Source of the DNA: a virus
Length of the DNA: 64,000 bases
Strand: one strand, 5' to 3'
Virus record (IMG/VR): IMGVR_UViG_3300021425_003021
Span: 1-64,000 of that record
Shown here: positions 48,110-57,377 of the stretch, in pieces
Layout: each line of letters begins with the position of its first letter
Position numbering within the stretch: position 1 is the first letter of the stretch
Program-made: the position numbers and the translations under genes
Notes under the pieces: generated by a model
Told to the model about the DNA's origin: nothing
The model's input: the letters and a program-made list of their open reading frames with translations, nothing else
Databases searched by the model: none

Positions 48110-49291
48110 ATGGTAAATCAAATAATTTCTGCTGCTCGATACAATGTGCTACAATCTAGAATTGGAAATATTTTAGGAGTAGGTGTTAATGACACCGGTT
48201 ATAATCAAACAATATCTTCATCCCAAGTACCAAAAGACAGTGTAGTTACTGCTGTAGAAATGAATCATTTATATTCTGATTTAATTAAAATCAGAGCTCA
48301 TCAAATTGGTTCTGAACCATTAAGTTTAATTAAACAAGTTTACGATAATTCTGATCAAGTTAGTATAGCAAATGCTATAATTAACACCGGTAACAATAAC
48401 GTAGTAACTATTACAACAAATGAAAATCATTTATTACTTGATGGCTTATGGGTTGATCAATTTGTCGGTGTAACCGGTATGACACAATTAAACGGTGTAT
48501 CTGGATATGCTAAAGTTTTGTCTGCAACTGAATTTGAACTATATCAAAACTATGATAGAACACAACCTAATCCATTTACACAACCAATTGGTGATGTAAC
48601 CTGGGGCGGTTATGTATCAGGCGGCGCATTCAATCATACCATAGGTGAAGAGTCATACATATCATATGAAAATTTAACCAGCACTTGCGAAAACGCAAGA
48701 TTTAATGTAGATGCTACACAAGCAGATCCTGCGGTAAAAAGCACTGTTACAAGATCTGATTTATGGGGAGGTGTATCTACACCACAAATTGTTTCTCATG
48801 AATTCCAAGTCACATTTACAAGTGCAAATGCTCGCAGAGGTTTTTTCAATGCCGGCGGAGAATTGAGATTTAGTGCAAATTTAAGTAACATTCCTGCTTT
48901 AGGAGCAGACAATTATCAAAAATCGGCAGACTGGCAAGCAATGTTAACCAATATGGGTACAATTAAATTTAATTATCAAGAAACTGTTAGTGCTCTTTCA
49001 AACGGTGTAGGATCAGCTATTGGTAATTATGACTTGACAAACACATATCAGGTTGTGTATACTAAAACTGGAAGTGCAGTTTATGTTGAAAATGAGTACA
49101 CAGTAAAAATTAAAGAAAACAACAATAAACAAATACAGGTTTTGATAGAGTTTACTGATGATGCAAATGGTAACGGTGGCGCAGATGAAAGAGTTGAAGG
49201 CGACTTAGAAAGTGTCTTAACAGAGTATCGTGCAACCGGACCTTATGTAGAATCTGAATCACCTACAATTTCTATATTACAAAGTTTATAA
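48110..49291 (+). CDS. Virion structural protein (paralog of next gene)
   Basis: VTFTSANARRGFFNAGGELRFSA...SADWQAMLTNMGTIKF, shared with 49301-50386. Confidence 0.7.
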   Translation: MVNQIISAARYNVLQSRIGNILGVGVNDTGYNQTISSSQVPKDSVVTAVEMNHLYSDLIKIRAHQIGSEPLSLIKQVYDNSDQVSIANAIINTGNNNVVTITTNENHLLLDGLWVDQFVGVTGMTQLNGVSGYAKVLSATEFELYQNYDRTQPNPFTQPIGDVTWGGYVSGGAFNHTIGEESYISYENLTSTCENARFNVDATQADPAVKSTVTRSDLWGGVSTPQIVSHEFQVTFTSANARRGFFNAGGELRFSANLSNIPALGADNYQKSADWQAMLTNMGTIKFNYQETVSALSNGVGSAIGNYDLTNTYQVVYTKTGSAVYVENEYTVKIKENNNKQIQVLIEFTDDANGNGGADERVEGDLESVLTEYRATGPYVESESPTISILQSL

Positions 49292-49300
49292 GGATTAAAG

Positions 49301-50386
49301 ATGACAGCTGGAACACCGATAGTAGCTTCAGATTACAATGGAATATACAACCTAATGTCTCCTGTAATAGGTCCAGTTTCTTCAAATGTAGACATTGGGT
49401 TTGGCAGATCGTTATTGAGTAGTACAGTGGTTGGTGGAGGTACTCCTGGTGTTAGTGACGAAATTACAGCATTACAGCAAAATAATTTATGGAAAGATTT
49501 ACAAGCAGGATATATACACCAGTATGGTACTCCAAATACGAGGGTAGATGTAAATGATATAGAAATTGGTGATATAGTGTACTATGCTAACATTACTGAT
49601 TTTACAAATTTTGCAAATGATGTTTTAGCGTTTGATAGAAATGTTACAGAGTTTCCTGTAGCAAATTTTGACGAATCTGGTATGCTTACAACAAGTTCAA
49701 CTAGTGTTACTAGCACACGTTCTACTGCGTGGGGTACAGGTGCAAACTATAGAATAGGACATAGAGTCACAGTTACTTGGGCTAGTGCAAATGCTCGTAA
49801 TCATTATTTTAATGCTGGTGGCCAAATTAGATTTGATGCTAGTCTTACAGGCGGTACTAGTAGCACTGCTAATACAAAAGATTGGGATTGGGCTAGAATT
49901 TTATCTGAAATGGGAAAAATACGTTTTTGGAAAAAATCTACTGATTATTTTTGTGAATCGTTAGGAACAGGCGGCACAGGCAGTCAAAATGCAATAAGCG
50001 CATTTAGTAATAATACAGCTACTAGTGGCGGATTTTTTAATAGTGCAACACGAATCTATACAAAACAAGGCGGCGGAGTTACTGGAGGTAATCCTGGCGC
50101 TATTCCTGTTACTCAAATTTACGACGACAATGAATATCAAATTAATATTGTTGTGCCTAACACAAGTCAAATGATATTTGAAATTATTTTTGATGATAGC
50201 GACACTGGTACTGGATTTCAGCAAGAAGTAGGTGAACAAGGTACTCTTGAAGATGAACAAGTTACAGGAACTGTAACAAGTAACTTGTATACATTTACTC
50301 CTAATAGTACATTTGACATTGGCGCAAGTACTTTCGATGCAATAGTGCAAACTCCTCCAACGGGTGCAGTTGACAGTTCACTTTAA
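49301..50386 (+). CDS. Virion structural protein (paralog of previous gene)
   Basis: VTWASANARNHYFNAGGQIRFDA...DWARILSEMGKIRF. Confidence 0.7.
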   Translation: MTAGTPIVASDYNGIYNLMSPVIGPVSSNVDIGFGRSLLSSTVVGGGTPGVSDEITALQQNNLWKDLQAGYIHQYGTPNTRVDVNDIEIGDIVYYANITDFTNFANDVLAFDRNVTEFPVANFDESGMLTTSSTSVTSTRSTAWGTGANYRIGHRVTVTWASANARNHYFNAGGQIRFDASLTGGTSSTANTKDWDWARILSEMGKIRFWKKSTDYFCESLGTGGTGSQNAISAFSNNTATSGGFFNSATRIYTKQGGGVTGGNPGAIPVTQIYDDNEYQINIVVPNTSQMIFEIIFDDSDTGTGFQQEVGEQGTLEDEQVTGTVTSNLYTFTPNSTFDIGASTFDAIVQTPPTGAVDSSL

Positions 50387-50389
50387 CCT

Positions 50390-50418
50390 TTGACAATTAT
50401 CTAAATTTGTTATATACT
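50390..50418 (+). promoter_or_regulatory. sigma70-type promoter of the glycosyltransferase operon
   Basis: TTGACA-17 bp-TATACT. Confidence 0.8.
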
Positions 50419-50444
50419 AGTGACTATTATATATGGAGATATCT

Positions 50445-50792
50445 ATGGACGAACGTCTTGAAAAAGCACTTGATATAAGCAATTACATGGTAACATTAAA
50501 CAATCAAACAAGATTGTTAAAAGAACAATATCAAGAAAATTTAATTCATTATTTCAACGGTGGACAATTTACAATTACGCAACAGTTGGTAAGTTTTTGT
50601 CAAAGTTTACTCACGTTACATCAGACGAATACAATTCTTATCGACGATAATGGTATACCTATTGAAATTGAAGAATTAGAAGAATTTACCACTGAAGTTG
50701 TTAGTAAATATTTTGAGGCTTCTAATAGATTTCTAATGGAATACAATAAATTAAAAGTAAATAGATCAGTTGAAAGTATTATGGATTTATGA
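50445..50792 (+). CDS. Hypothetical protein (first gene of the GT operon)
   Basis: Start revised to MDERLEK at 50445, which has a GGAG RBS; overlaps the next gene (ATGA). Confidence 0.7.
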   Translation: MDERLEKALDISNYMVTLNNQTRLLKEQYQENLIHYFNGGQFTITQQLVSFCQSLLTLHQTNTILIDDNGIPIEIEELEEFTTEVVSKYFEASNRFLMEYNKLKVNRSVESIMDL

Positions 50793-51616
50793 GCAAAGGT
50801 GTACTGTTATTTGCATTCAATAACGAAAGTATAAATTATATTAAACAAGCAATATTTTGTGCTAAACGTGTAAACAAATATTTAGGTTTACCTGTATCTT
50901 TGGTTACCGATGTTGAATTATCAGATAGTCAATCTAAACAGTTTGATAATATCATAAAAATTAAAAATTCTTTGTCAAACAAAAAAGCATATAGAGATGG
51001 ATCGTTAAGTAAAAGAGTTTTAAGTTTTAATAATTACGGTCGAGAATGTAGTTATGAACTGTCACCATATGACGAAACAATTGTTATGGATACTGACTAT
51101 ATTGTAGCAAATGACAAATTGTTAAATTGCTTTGCACAGCAAAAAGATCTTTTGCTATACAAAGATGCAACACATTTAGGAATATACAACGGAACACCGG
51201 AATTCAAATCAATAAGTGATGGCGGAGTTGATTTTTATTGGGCCACTGTAATTTATTTTAGAAAAAATAATATTACTGAAGCATATTTTAATTTGGTAAA
51301 ACATATAAAAGACAACTATATGCATTATAGAGGAGTTTACCAATTTAAAAATACGGTGTACAGGAATGATTTTGCTTTTAGTATTGCAGTTCACATTTTA
51401 TCAGGTTATACCAAAAATAACTTTGTTGGAGTCATTCCGGGTAAAAAGTTTTATACAATTGATAGAGATATTTTATTATCTATTAAAGATGACGAATTTA
51501 AAGTGTTGGTCGAAAAGCAAGACAGGCTTGGAGAATATACTCCAGTAAACTTTAAAGGTAGTAATTTACACGTAATGAATAAATTTAGTTTAGAAAGAGT
51601 TATTAATGAGCAATAA
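50789..51616 (+). CDS. Glycosyltransferase, GT-A fold (GT8-like)
   Basis: GVLLFA...LVTD...YELSPYDETIVMDTDY (DxD). Confidence 0.75.
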   Translation: MSKGVLLFAFNNESINYIKQAIFCAKRVNKYLGLPVSLVTDVELSDSQSKQFDNIIKIKNSLSNKKAYRDGSLSKRVLSFNNYGRECSYELSPYDETIVMDTDYIVANDKLLNCFAQQKDLLLYKDATHLGIYNGTPEFKSISDGGVDFYWATVIYFRKNNITEAYFNLVKHIKDNYMHYRGVYQFKNTVYRNDFAFSIAVHILSGYTKNNFVGVIPGKKFYTIDRDILLSIKDDEFKVLVEKQDRLGEYTPVNFKGSNLHVMNKFSLERVINEQ

Positions 51617-52448
51617 TTTTACTATGTTGGCGCAAAATACAGATATTGATTACGTCCAACAAGCCTATGTAAATGCTATGAGTATACGTTCTACAAATGA
51701 CGATGTAAAAATTTGTTTAGTAACTAATGACAATGTTCCAGACAAATATAAACAAGTATTTGATGATATTGTGGAGATTCCTTGGGGAGATCATGCCAAA
51801 GAATCAGATTGGAAAATTGAAAATAGATGGAAAATTTATCACGCAACTCCGTATGACGAAACAGTTGTAATGGATACGGATATGTTGGTATTACAGGATA
51901 TAAGTAGTTGGTTTGATTTTTTAAGAAATTATGATTTGTTTTTTACAAGTAATGTGTATACATATAGAAACGAATTAGTTACCAATAATTATTACAGACA
52001 TAGTTTTGTAAAAAACACTTTACCTAGTTTGTACAGTGGATTTCATTATTTTAAAAAATCAGATATTCCTCACGAATTTTATTCATGGTTAGAAATGATT
52101 ACAAACAATTGGCAAAAATTTTATAGACAACACGCAGGCGGAAGATTATATCAAAAAAAATGCAGTATAGATTTATCTGCTGCAATATCTATAAAAATTA
52201 TGAACGTAGAAAATCAAGTGACAAATCCAAGAGTTAAATATCCAAGTTTTGTGCATATGAAACCAAGAATACAAAACTGGACTAACAGTGTTGTTGACAG
52301 ATGGCAAGATCGTGTAGGAACATATTTAGGCGAAGACCTGCAACTAAAAATAGGAAATTTTACACAGAATGGAATATTTCATTATACGGAAGATGATTTT
52401 GTGTCTGACAGAATAATTAAAATTTATGAAAAGCATTTAGGAATATGA
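51606..52448 (+). CDS. Glycosyltransferase, GT-A fold (GT8-like), paralog
   Basis: ICLVTND...IYHATPYDETVVMDTDML...YSGFHYF...FVHMK. Confidence 0.78.
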   Translation: MSNNFTMLAQNTDIDYVQQAYVNAMSIRSTNDDVKICLVTNDNVPDKYKQVFDDIVEIPWGDHAKESDWKIENRWKIYHATPYDETVVMDTDMLVLQDISSWFDFLRNYDLFFTSNVYTYRNELVTNNYYRHSFVKNTLPSLYSGFHYFKKSDIPHEFYSWLEMITNNWQKFYRQHAGGRLYQKKCSIDLSAAISIKIMNVENQVTNPRVKYPSFVHMKPRIQNWTNSVVDRWQDRVGTYLGEDLQLKIGNFTQNGIFHYTEDDFVSDRIIKIYEKHLGI

Positions 52449-53005
52449 TAAAAGTAACACTTAACACTGATAGATATATTTGTTTTGATGAAAATGGCGA
52501 TATTGATAAAATTGCTCGCAAACCAGATGAAAACTTTGAAAATCTTTTAGTAGATTTTGAAGAAGTACGGAAGTTTGCTGAAGGAAAAGAAACATTACGT
52601 GACTATAAAGTTGAATATGATTTTATAGAAAAAAAATATGTGTTTAAAAGTAAACAACAATATCATGATAGTTTTAACACACAAAACTTTGTGTATGAAA
52701 TACCTCAAGATCAAGAATCTTTTGAAGTAAAAATTAAACAAAACAATATCGATAAATGTTGGGAACTAGAACTAGACAACGAGTTTGAAAATTACATCAA
52801 ATCACAAAATATTTCAATTAATCCTAGTCATCAAGTATACAGTGTAACAAAACTTTATGATCCGAATGTTTTGTATAAAACTTTAGACTTTACTAATAAA
52901 AATAAAATACCTTTTGATAGTAAGTTTGAATTTGACAAAGTTAATGTTAGCCTTTATACTATAAGAAAGTTTTCTACATATTATCATGAGGTTGTAAATG
53001 GCTAA
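52445..53005 (+). CDS. Hypothetical protein
   Basis: 186-aa ORF overlapping both neighbours within the operon. Confidence 0.65.
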   Translation: MIKVTLNTDRYICFDENGDIDKIARKPDENFENLLVDFEEVRKFAEGKETLRDYKVEYDFIEKKYVFKSKQQYHDSFNTQNFVYEIPQDQESFEVKIKQNNIDKCWELELDNEFENYIKSQNISINPSHQVYSVTKLYDPNVLYKTLDFTNKNKIPFDSKFEFDKVNVSLYTIRKFSTYYHEVVNG

Positions 53006-53912
53006 TACATTCCGTGTTATTGACTATGATATTGTATATCTTAGTTATGACGAACCAAACGCAGAAAAAAATTACGCAGATCTGTGTAAAAAAGTTCCTT
53101 GGGCAAAGCGTGTACACGGTGTAGAAGGTAGTGACAGCGCACATAAAGCCTGTGCTGAACTGAGCGAAACTGACAGATTTATCACAGTTGATGGCGATAA
53201 TTGCATACGTGATGACTTTTTATCACAGTCGATAAATTTTGAGGAAAATTTAGATTTAACAGATAAAGTGATTAGTTGGACTGCAATGAATCAAATTAAT
53301 GGCCTAACATACGGAAACGGTGGCATTAAATGCTGGCCTAAAGAATACGTGTTGAATATGCGTACACACGAAAATGCTCCAGTAGACAATCCACACGCAC
53401 AAGTAGACTTTTGTTGGAACACCGAATACGTACAAATGGAAGGTACTTTTAGTGATATTTATAACAATGCTACTCCGCATCAAGCGTGGCGTGCTGGTTT
53501 CCGCGAAGGTGTTAAAATGGCACTAGACAGAGGCGAGCGTGTAAGCATCGAAGACTTTAATAAAAATCATTGGAAGAACCTGCATCGTTTGTATATCTGG
53601 TTAATGGTAGGTGCTGATGTAGAAAACGGACGCTGGGCAATACACGGTGCAAGAGAAGGTTTATACAAAACAATGTGTACAGACTGGGACTTTGTTAACG
53701 TAAGAGATTTTGAATGGTTAAACAATTATTGGGATAATAAAGATATTGCTGATATTGACGAACAAACAGAAGATCTAGGAGATAAGTTAATAAATGAATT
53801 AAATCTGCCAATAGCAGTCGAATGTTTAAATGCTGATCAAAGTGCATTTTTTAAAAGTGTATATAGAAATCCAGTAAGAGATAACAGTAAACAATTTTTA
53901 GCTAGAGAGTAA
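52998..53912 (+). CDS. Glycosyltransferase-like protein (GT-A fold)
   Basis: DIVYLSYDEPNA...RVHGVEG...FITVDGDN (DxD)...YGNGGIKCWP...AWRAGFREG. Confidence 0.7.
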   Translation: MANTFRVIDYDIVYLSYDEPNAEKNYADLCKKVPWAKRVHGVEGSDSAHKACAELSETDRFITVDGDNCIRDDFLSQSINFEENLDLTDKVISWTAMNQINGLTYGNGGIKCWPKEYVLNMRTHENAPVDNPHAQVDFCWNTEYVQMEGTFSDIYNNATPHQAWRAGFREGVKMALDRGERVSIEDFNKNHWKNLHRLYIWLMVGADVENGRWAIHGAREGLYKTMCTDWDFVNVRDFEWLNNYWDNKDIADIDEQTEDLGDKLINELNLPIAVECLNADQSAFFKSVYRNPVRDNSKQFLARE

Positions 53913-53913
53913 A

Positions 53914-55287
53914 ATGGAACGTAGCGAAAGCGAAGAAATTAAACGTATTGATACTATTACACAGGAAATATCTCCTACGTTTTGTTTTGCAAAGTGGTAT
54001 CACGCAAATATATATTTTCAAACAGGCGAAACACATAGTTGTTATCATCCTGCACCGCACAAGATTGATACAGCACCCTTGTTAGAAAACCCAAGTGCTA
54101 TACATAATACAGCACAAAAGAAACAAGAACGTGCTGCTATGATGCGTGGTGAACAACCTGCTGGTTGCAACTACTGCTGGAAAATTGAAGCAATGGGCAA
54201 AGATTATGTTAGTGATCGCAAACAACGTAATCAAACTATTTTCTTTAAACACAGATTGGCAGCAGTAAAAGAAGGCGGTGCAGAGTTTGACGTAAATCCA
54301 GAATACTTGGAAGTATCATTTGGCAACGAATGTAACTTTAGATGCGGATATTGTCATCCAAAAGCCAGTAGTAGATATTATCAAGAAATTAAACAGCATG
54401 GTCCGTACACAAACGTAAAAAATCATAGATGCGATATTGACTGGTTTCAAATATTTGAAGAAGAAAACAATCCTTATTTAGATGCATTTTGGCGTTGGTG
54501 GCCTGAGCTTAGTAAAGAGCTACACATACTGCGTATTACAGGCGGTGAGCCTACAATACAAAAAAGTACATACAAACTGTTTGATATGTTGGACGCAGAT
54601 CCAAAGCCAGAACTAGAATTAAACTGTAATAGTAACTTAGGTGGCAAACCAAAGCAGTTGGAAAAGTTTACTAATCGTGTAAATGACTTGTTAACAAACA
54701 ATAAGATTAGACGCTTTAAAATGTTTACAAGTATTGATACTTGGGGTAAACGTGCAGAATATATCCGTGATGGATTAGACATTGAAACTTTTGAACGCAA
54801 TTTGGATTACTTTATGCGTAATTGCGAAGCACCTATGGTGTTGATGATTACATTTAATATTTTTAGTGTTACAACATTCCGTACATTGTTAGAAAAAATC
54901 TTAGAATGGCGTGCCAAGTACAATGATGTAGAAACACATAGATGGCAGCGTTTGGGTTTTGATACACCACACCTTAAAGAGCCGCTACAATACGATATGA
55001 ATATTCTTCCAAAAGAATATATGAGTTATATGCACGATCACTTACAGTTTATAAAAGAAAACGTAGATGATAATCGCAAAGATGCATTCAGCACTATTGA
55101 GTATGAAAAGTTTAGACGTGTTGTTGATTATATGGAAACTACAGAATATCCATTAGAAAAAGTAATCCAAGGTAGGCAAGATTTTCACAACTTTTTTGCA
55201 GAACAAGGCCGCCGTCGTGGAGTTAATCACGAAGAAGTTTTTCCTGAAATGACAGATTTTTTTGATTTATGTAAAAAATATGTTTGA
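53914..55287 (+). CDS. Radical SAM protein with N-terminal twitch/SPASM-like Cys cluster
   Basis: CNFRCGYC (CxxxCxxC), ITGGEP; extra cysteines FCFAKW, SCYH, GCNYCW. Confidence 0.9.
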   Translation: MERSESEEIKRIDTITQEISPTFCFAKWYHANIYFQTGETHSCYHPAPHKIDTAPLLENPSAIHNTAQKKQERAAMMRGEQPAGCNYCWKIEAMGKDYVSDRKQRNQTIFFKHRLAAVKEGGAEFDVNPEYLEVSFGNECNFRCGYCHPKASSRYYQEIKQHGPYTNVKNHRCDIDWFQIFEEENNPYLDAFWRWWPELSKELHILRITGGEPTIQKSTYKLFDMLDADPKPELELNCNSNLGGKPKQLEKFTNRVNDLLTNNKIRRFKMFTSIDTWGKRAEYIRDGLDIETFERNLDYFMRNCEAPMVLMITFNIFSVTTFRTLLEKILEWRAKYNDVETHRWQRLGFDTPHLKEPLQYDMNILPKEYMSYMHDHLQFIKENVDDNRKDAFSTIEYEKFRRVVDYMETTEYPLEKVIQGRQDFHNFFAEQGRRRGVNHEEVFPEMTDFFDLCKKYV

Positions 55288-55873
55288 ATTAAAATTATAC
55301 AATAACGATATAGATTTATCTGATTTTTACAAAGAAGCAGAAAAGAAAAAATTTTACAATAATAGTAGTCAAGAAATGCTTATCGATTACATCAGTAAAT
55401 ATGAAGATGCTAAACTATGGTTATTATTATATGATAAAAAGGTAGTAGGCACTGTTGTTGCACACAGGTTGCGTGAATTAGGAATACTAGGAAAAGATGC
55501 ATATAGAATAGGTGCTAGGACCTGTGTCCTCACTCATTTAATCGGCAAACAAAGAGTAAAGAGTTTAAAAGGAAAAACTGATATTCATTATTCTCACGCA
55601 TCTCAATTTTTATTACCTGCTTGTATTGAAGGCGTTGGCAAAGACAAACCTTTATATCTTAGTACACATACAGGAAATATAGGTAGCCAAAATAAAGTGC
55701 ATAATTTTTGGGCAAAACATTTTCATATTGCAGGAGTGCTCGAAAATCCTATAGAACTCGAATACAGGGGCAGTTTTCAAACATTTTGGAAAGTTAATGT
55801 TGACAAATTTTATGAGACATTAAGACTATCTAGATGGTCTGAAGCAGAAGATGTTATACCAATTTTAGTTTAA
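55280..55873 (+). CDS. Hypothetical protein, possible GNAT fold
   Basis: Likely start MFELKLY overlapping the radical SAM stop; LWLLLYDKKVVGTVVAH...YRIGARTCV. Confidence 0.45.
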   Translation: MFELKLYNNDIDLSDFYKEAEKKKFYNNSSQEMLIDYISKYEDAKLWLLLYDKKVVGTVVAHRLRELGILGKDAYRIGARTCVLTHLIGKQRVKSLKGKTDIHYSHASQFLLPACIEGVGKDKPLYLSTHTGNIGSQNKVHNFWAKHFHIAGVLENPIELEYRGSFQTFWKVNVDKFYETLRLSRWSEAEDVIPILV

Positions 55874-57310
55874 ATTTACCCAGTTACTACCGTCATAACC
55901 TTGGAATTTTCTTGTAGAAGTGTTAAAAATAATCATTCCTTCTTCGGCAGAAACGTCGGTTAAATCTGCTTCGGTATGTCCTTTTGCTTTAAATATAGGA
56001 ACAGATAATACGCCTGCACCGTTGAAATTTAAGCCTGTTGGATTATCCCAAAATGCACTAGGTAGGTTTCTGCCGTCGCTTAGAGTAATTGCAAAGTCTG
56101 TTGGATAAATTTCTAAATCTGGATCTGGTTCAATTTCTGTATTAGCATAGAATCCCATACCGCCACCAATCTTATATGCAATACCGTCATATGCGTGAGT
56201 AGTAAATACTGCCATATGATCGCCAGGATTAAGAGGTAGTTTATTTTCGTGATCGCCGTTAAATGCAAAATAATTAATCTGTCCAAGATTTGATGTGTTA
56301 ACCGGATTTGATTGTAATTTAAAACTTATGTTATCTGCATAAACTTCTAGTGTTTCGGTTGCATTGTATCCAATATTAATTTCACCAGTTGCACCACCTT
56401 CTAATCTTACCTGACCTTCGTTTACAGTCAGCACAGGTTGGTCTTCACCGGCAAACACTTCGCCTATTACGTTACCCATAAATGTTGCAAGTACACTAGG
56501 TTTGTCTGTGCCTTCCCATCTAGATAGTTCTAGTACAGGTGTGGCATCAAAATATTCAATGTTTCCTCTGAAACTTGTTTCTTGGTCATTGTTTGTAAAT
56601 TTTAGTATAGGTGCATGAGAATCTGGATGTTCTATACCTGATCTAAACACGTGATGTTCTAGTGTTTCATTCCAAGTAAGCACAGGTTCGTTATTGTCTG
56701 GTCTAACTATACTACCTTTTAAATCGCCGTGTAAAACACCGCTACTACCTTCTAAAATCATATCGCCATTTTCGGTGACAATATCTCCTGTTAAATTACC
56801 AACAACATTGCCTTGTACATTTCCTAAATGTAATCCTGTACTGTTACCAGTCAGATCTCCTGCAAAACTACCTGTGATAGTTCCTACTAAGTTTACTTCG
56901 CCGTTGTGTGTACCATACACATCACCTACAATTCGATCTACAATTAGTGTGCTTGTTCCTGCATCGTAAATTATGTCACCTACACTGTTTACAATATTGC
57001 CTTCTAAATTGCCTTTTAATAAACTACGATTTACATCTACTATTACATTGTTATTAGTGTCCTTAACATTACCTACAACATCCATATGTACTGTTCTACT
57101 ATCAGAATTGAACAAAATGTCGCCTTCGTCGTTTTCAATATTACCTATAAGTGGCCCGTATAGCTTTCCAAATGTAGTATCAACTTGAATAACACCATCT
57201 CTGTTTACAACATTTGCTTTAATTTGGCTAAGCCAACTATCTATAATAAGTGTGCTATCAGCACCAACAATATCAATGCGATACGAATCACCTGGTATAA
57301 AATCAGTCAT
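55865..57310 (-). CDS. Fibre/spike-like virion protein with GxxxG beta-helix repeats
   Basis: GDLTGNSTG.HLGNVQGNVVGNLTGDI repeats; C-terminal AEEGMIIFNTSTRKFQGYDGSNW; AGGAG RBS; TAAATA at 57329-57334. Confidence 0.7.
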   Translation of the reverse strand: MTDFIPGDSYRIDIVGADSTLIIDSWLSQIKANVVNRDGVIQVDTTFGKLYGPLIGNIENDEGDILFNSDSRTVHMDVVGNVKDTNNNVIVDVNRSLLKGNLEGNIVNSVGDIIYDAGTSTLIVDRIVGDVYGTHNGEVNLVGTITGSFAGDLTGNSTGLHLGNVQGNVVGNLTGDIVTENGDMILEGSSGVLHGDLKGSIVRPDNNEPVLTWNETLEHHVFRSGIEHPDSHAPILKFTNNDQETSFRGNIEYFDATPVLELSRWEGTDKPSVLATFMGNVIGEVFAGEDQPVLTVNEGQVRLEGGATGEINIGYNATETLEVYADNISFKLQSNPVNTSNLGQINYFAFNGDHENKLPLNPGDHMAVFTTHAYDGIAYKIGGGMGFYANTEIEPDPDLEIYPTDFAITLSDGRNLPSAFWDNPTGLNFNGAGVLSVPIFKAKGHTEADLTDVSAEEGMIIFNTSTRKFQGYDGSNWVNLN

Positions 57311-57342
57311 ACTTTTTCTCCTACAGAGTATTTATTCTAATA

Positions 57343-57371
57343 TTGACATAACTGCTAGTATTTAGTATAAT
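57343..57371 (+). promoter_or_regulatory. Perfect sigma70 promoter (probably yielding a leaderless mRNA)
   Basis: TTGACA-17 bp-TATAAT; the ATG at 57378 lies 6 nt after the -10 element. Confidence 0.85.
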
Positions 57372-57377
57372 TACTGT

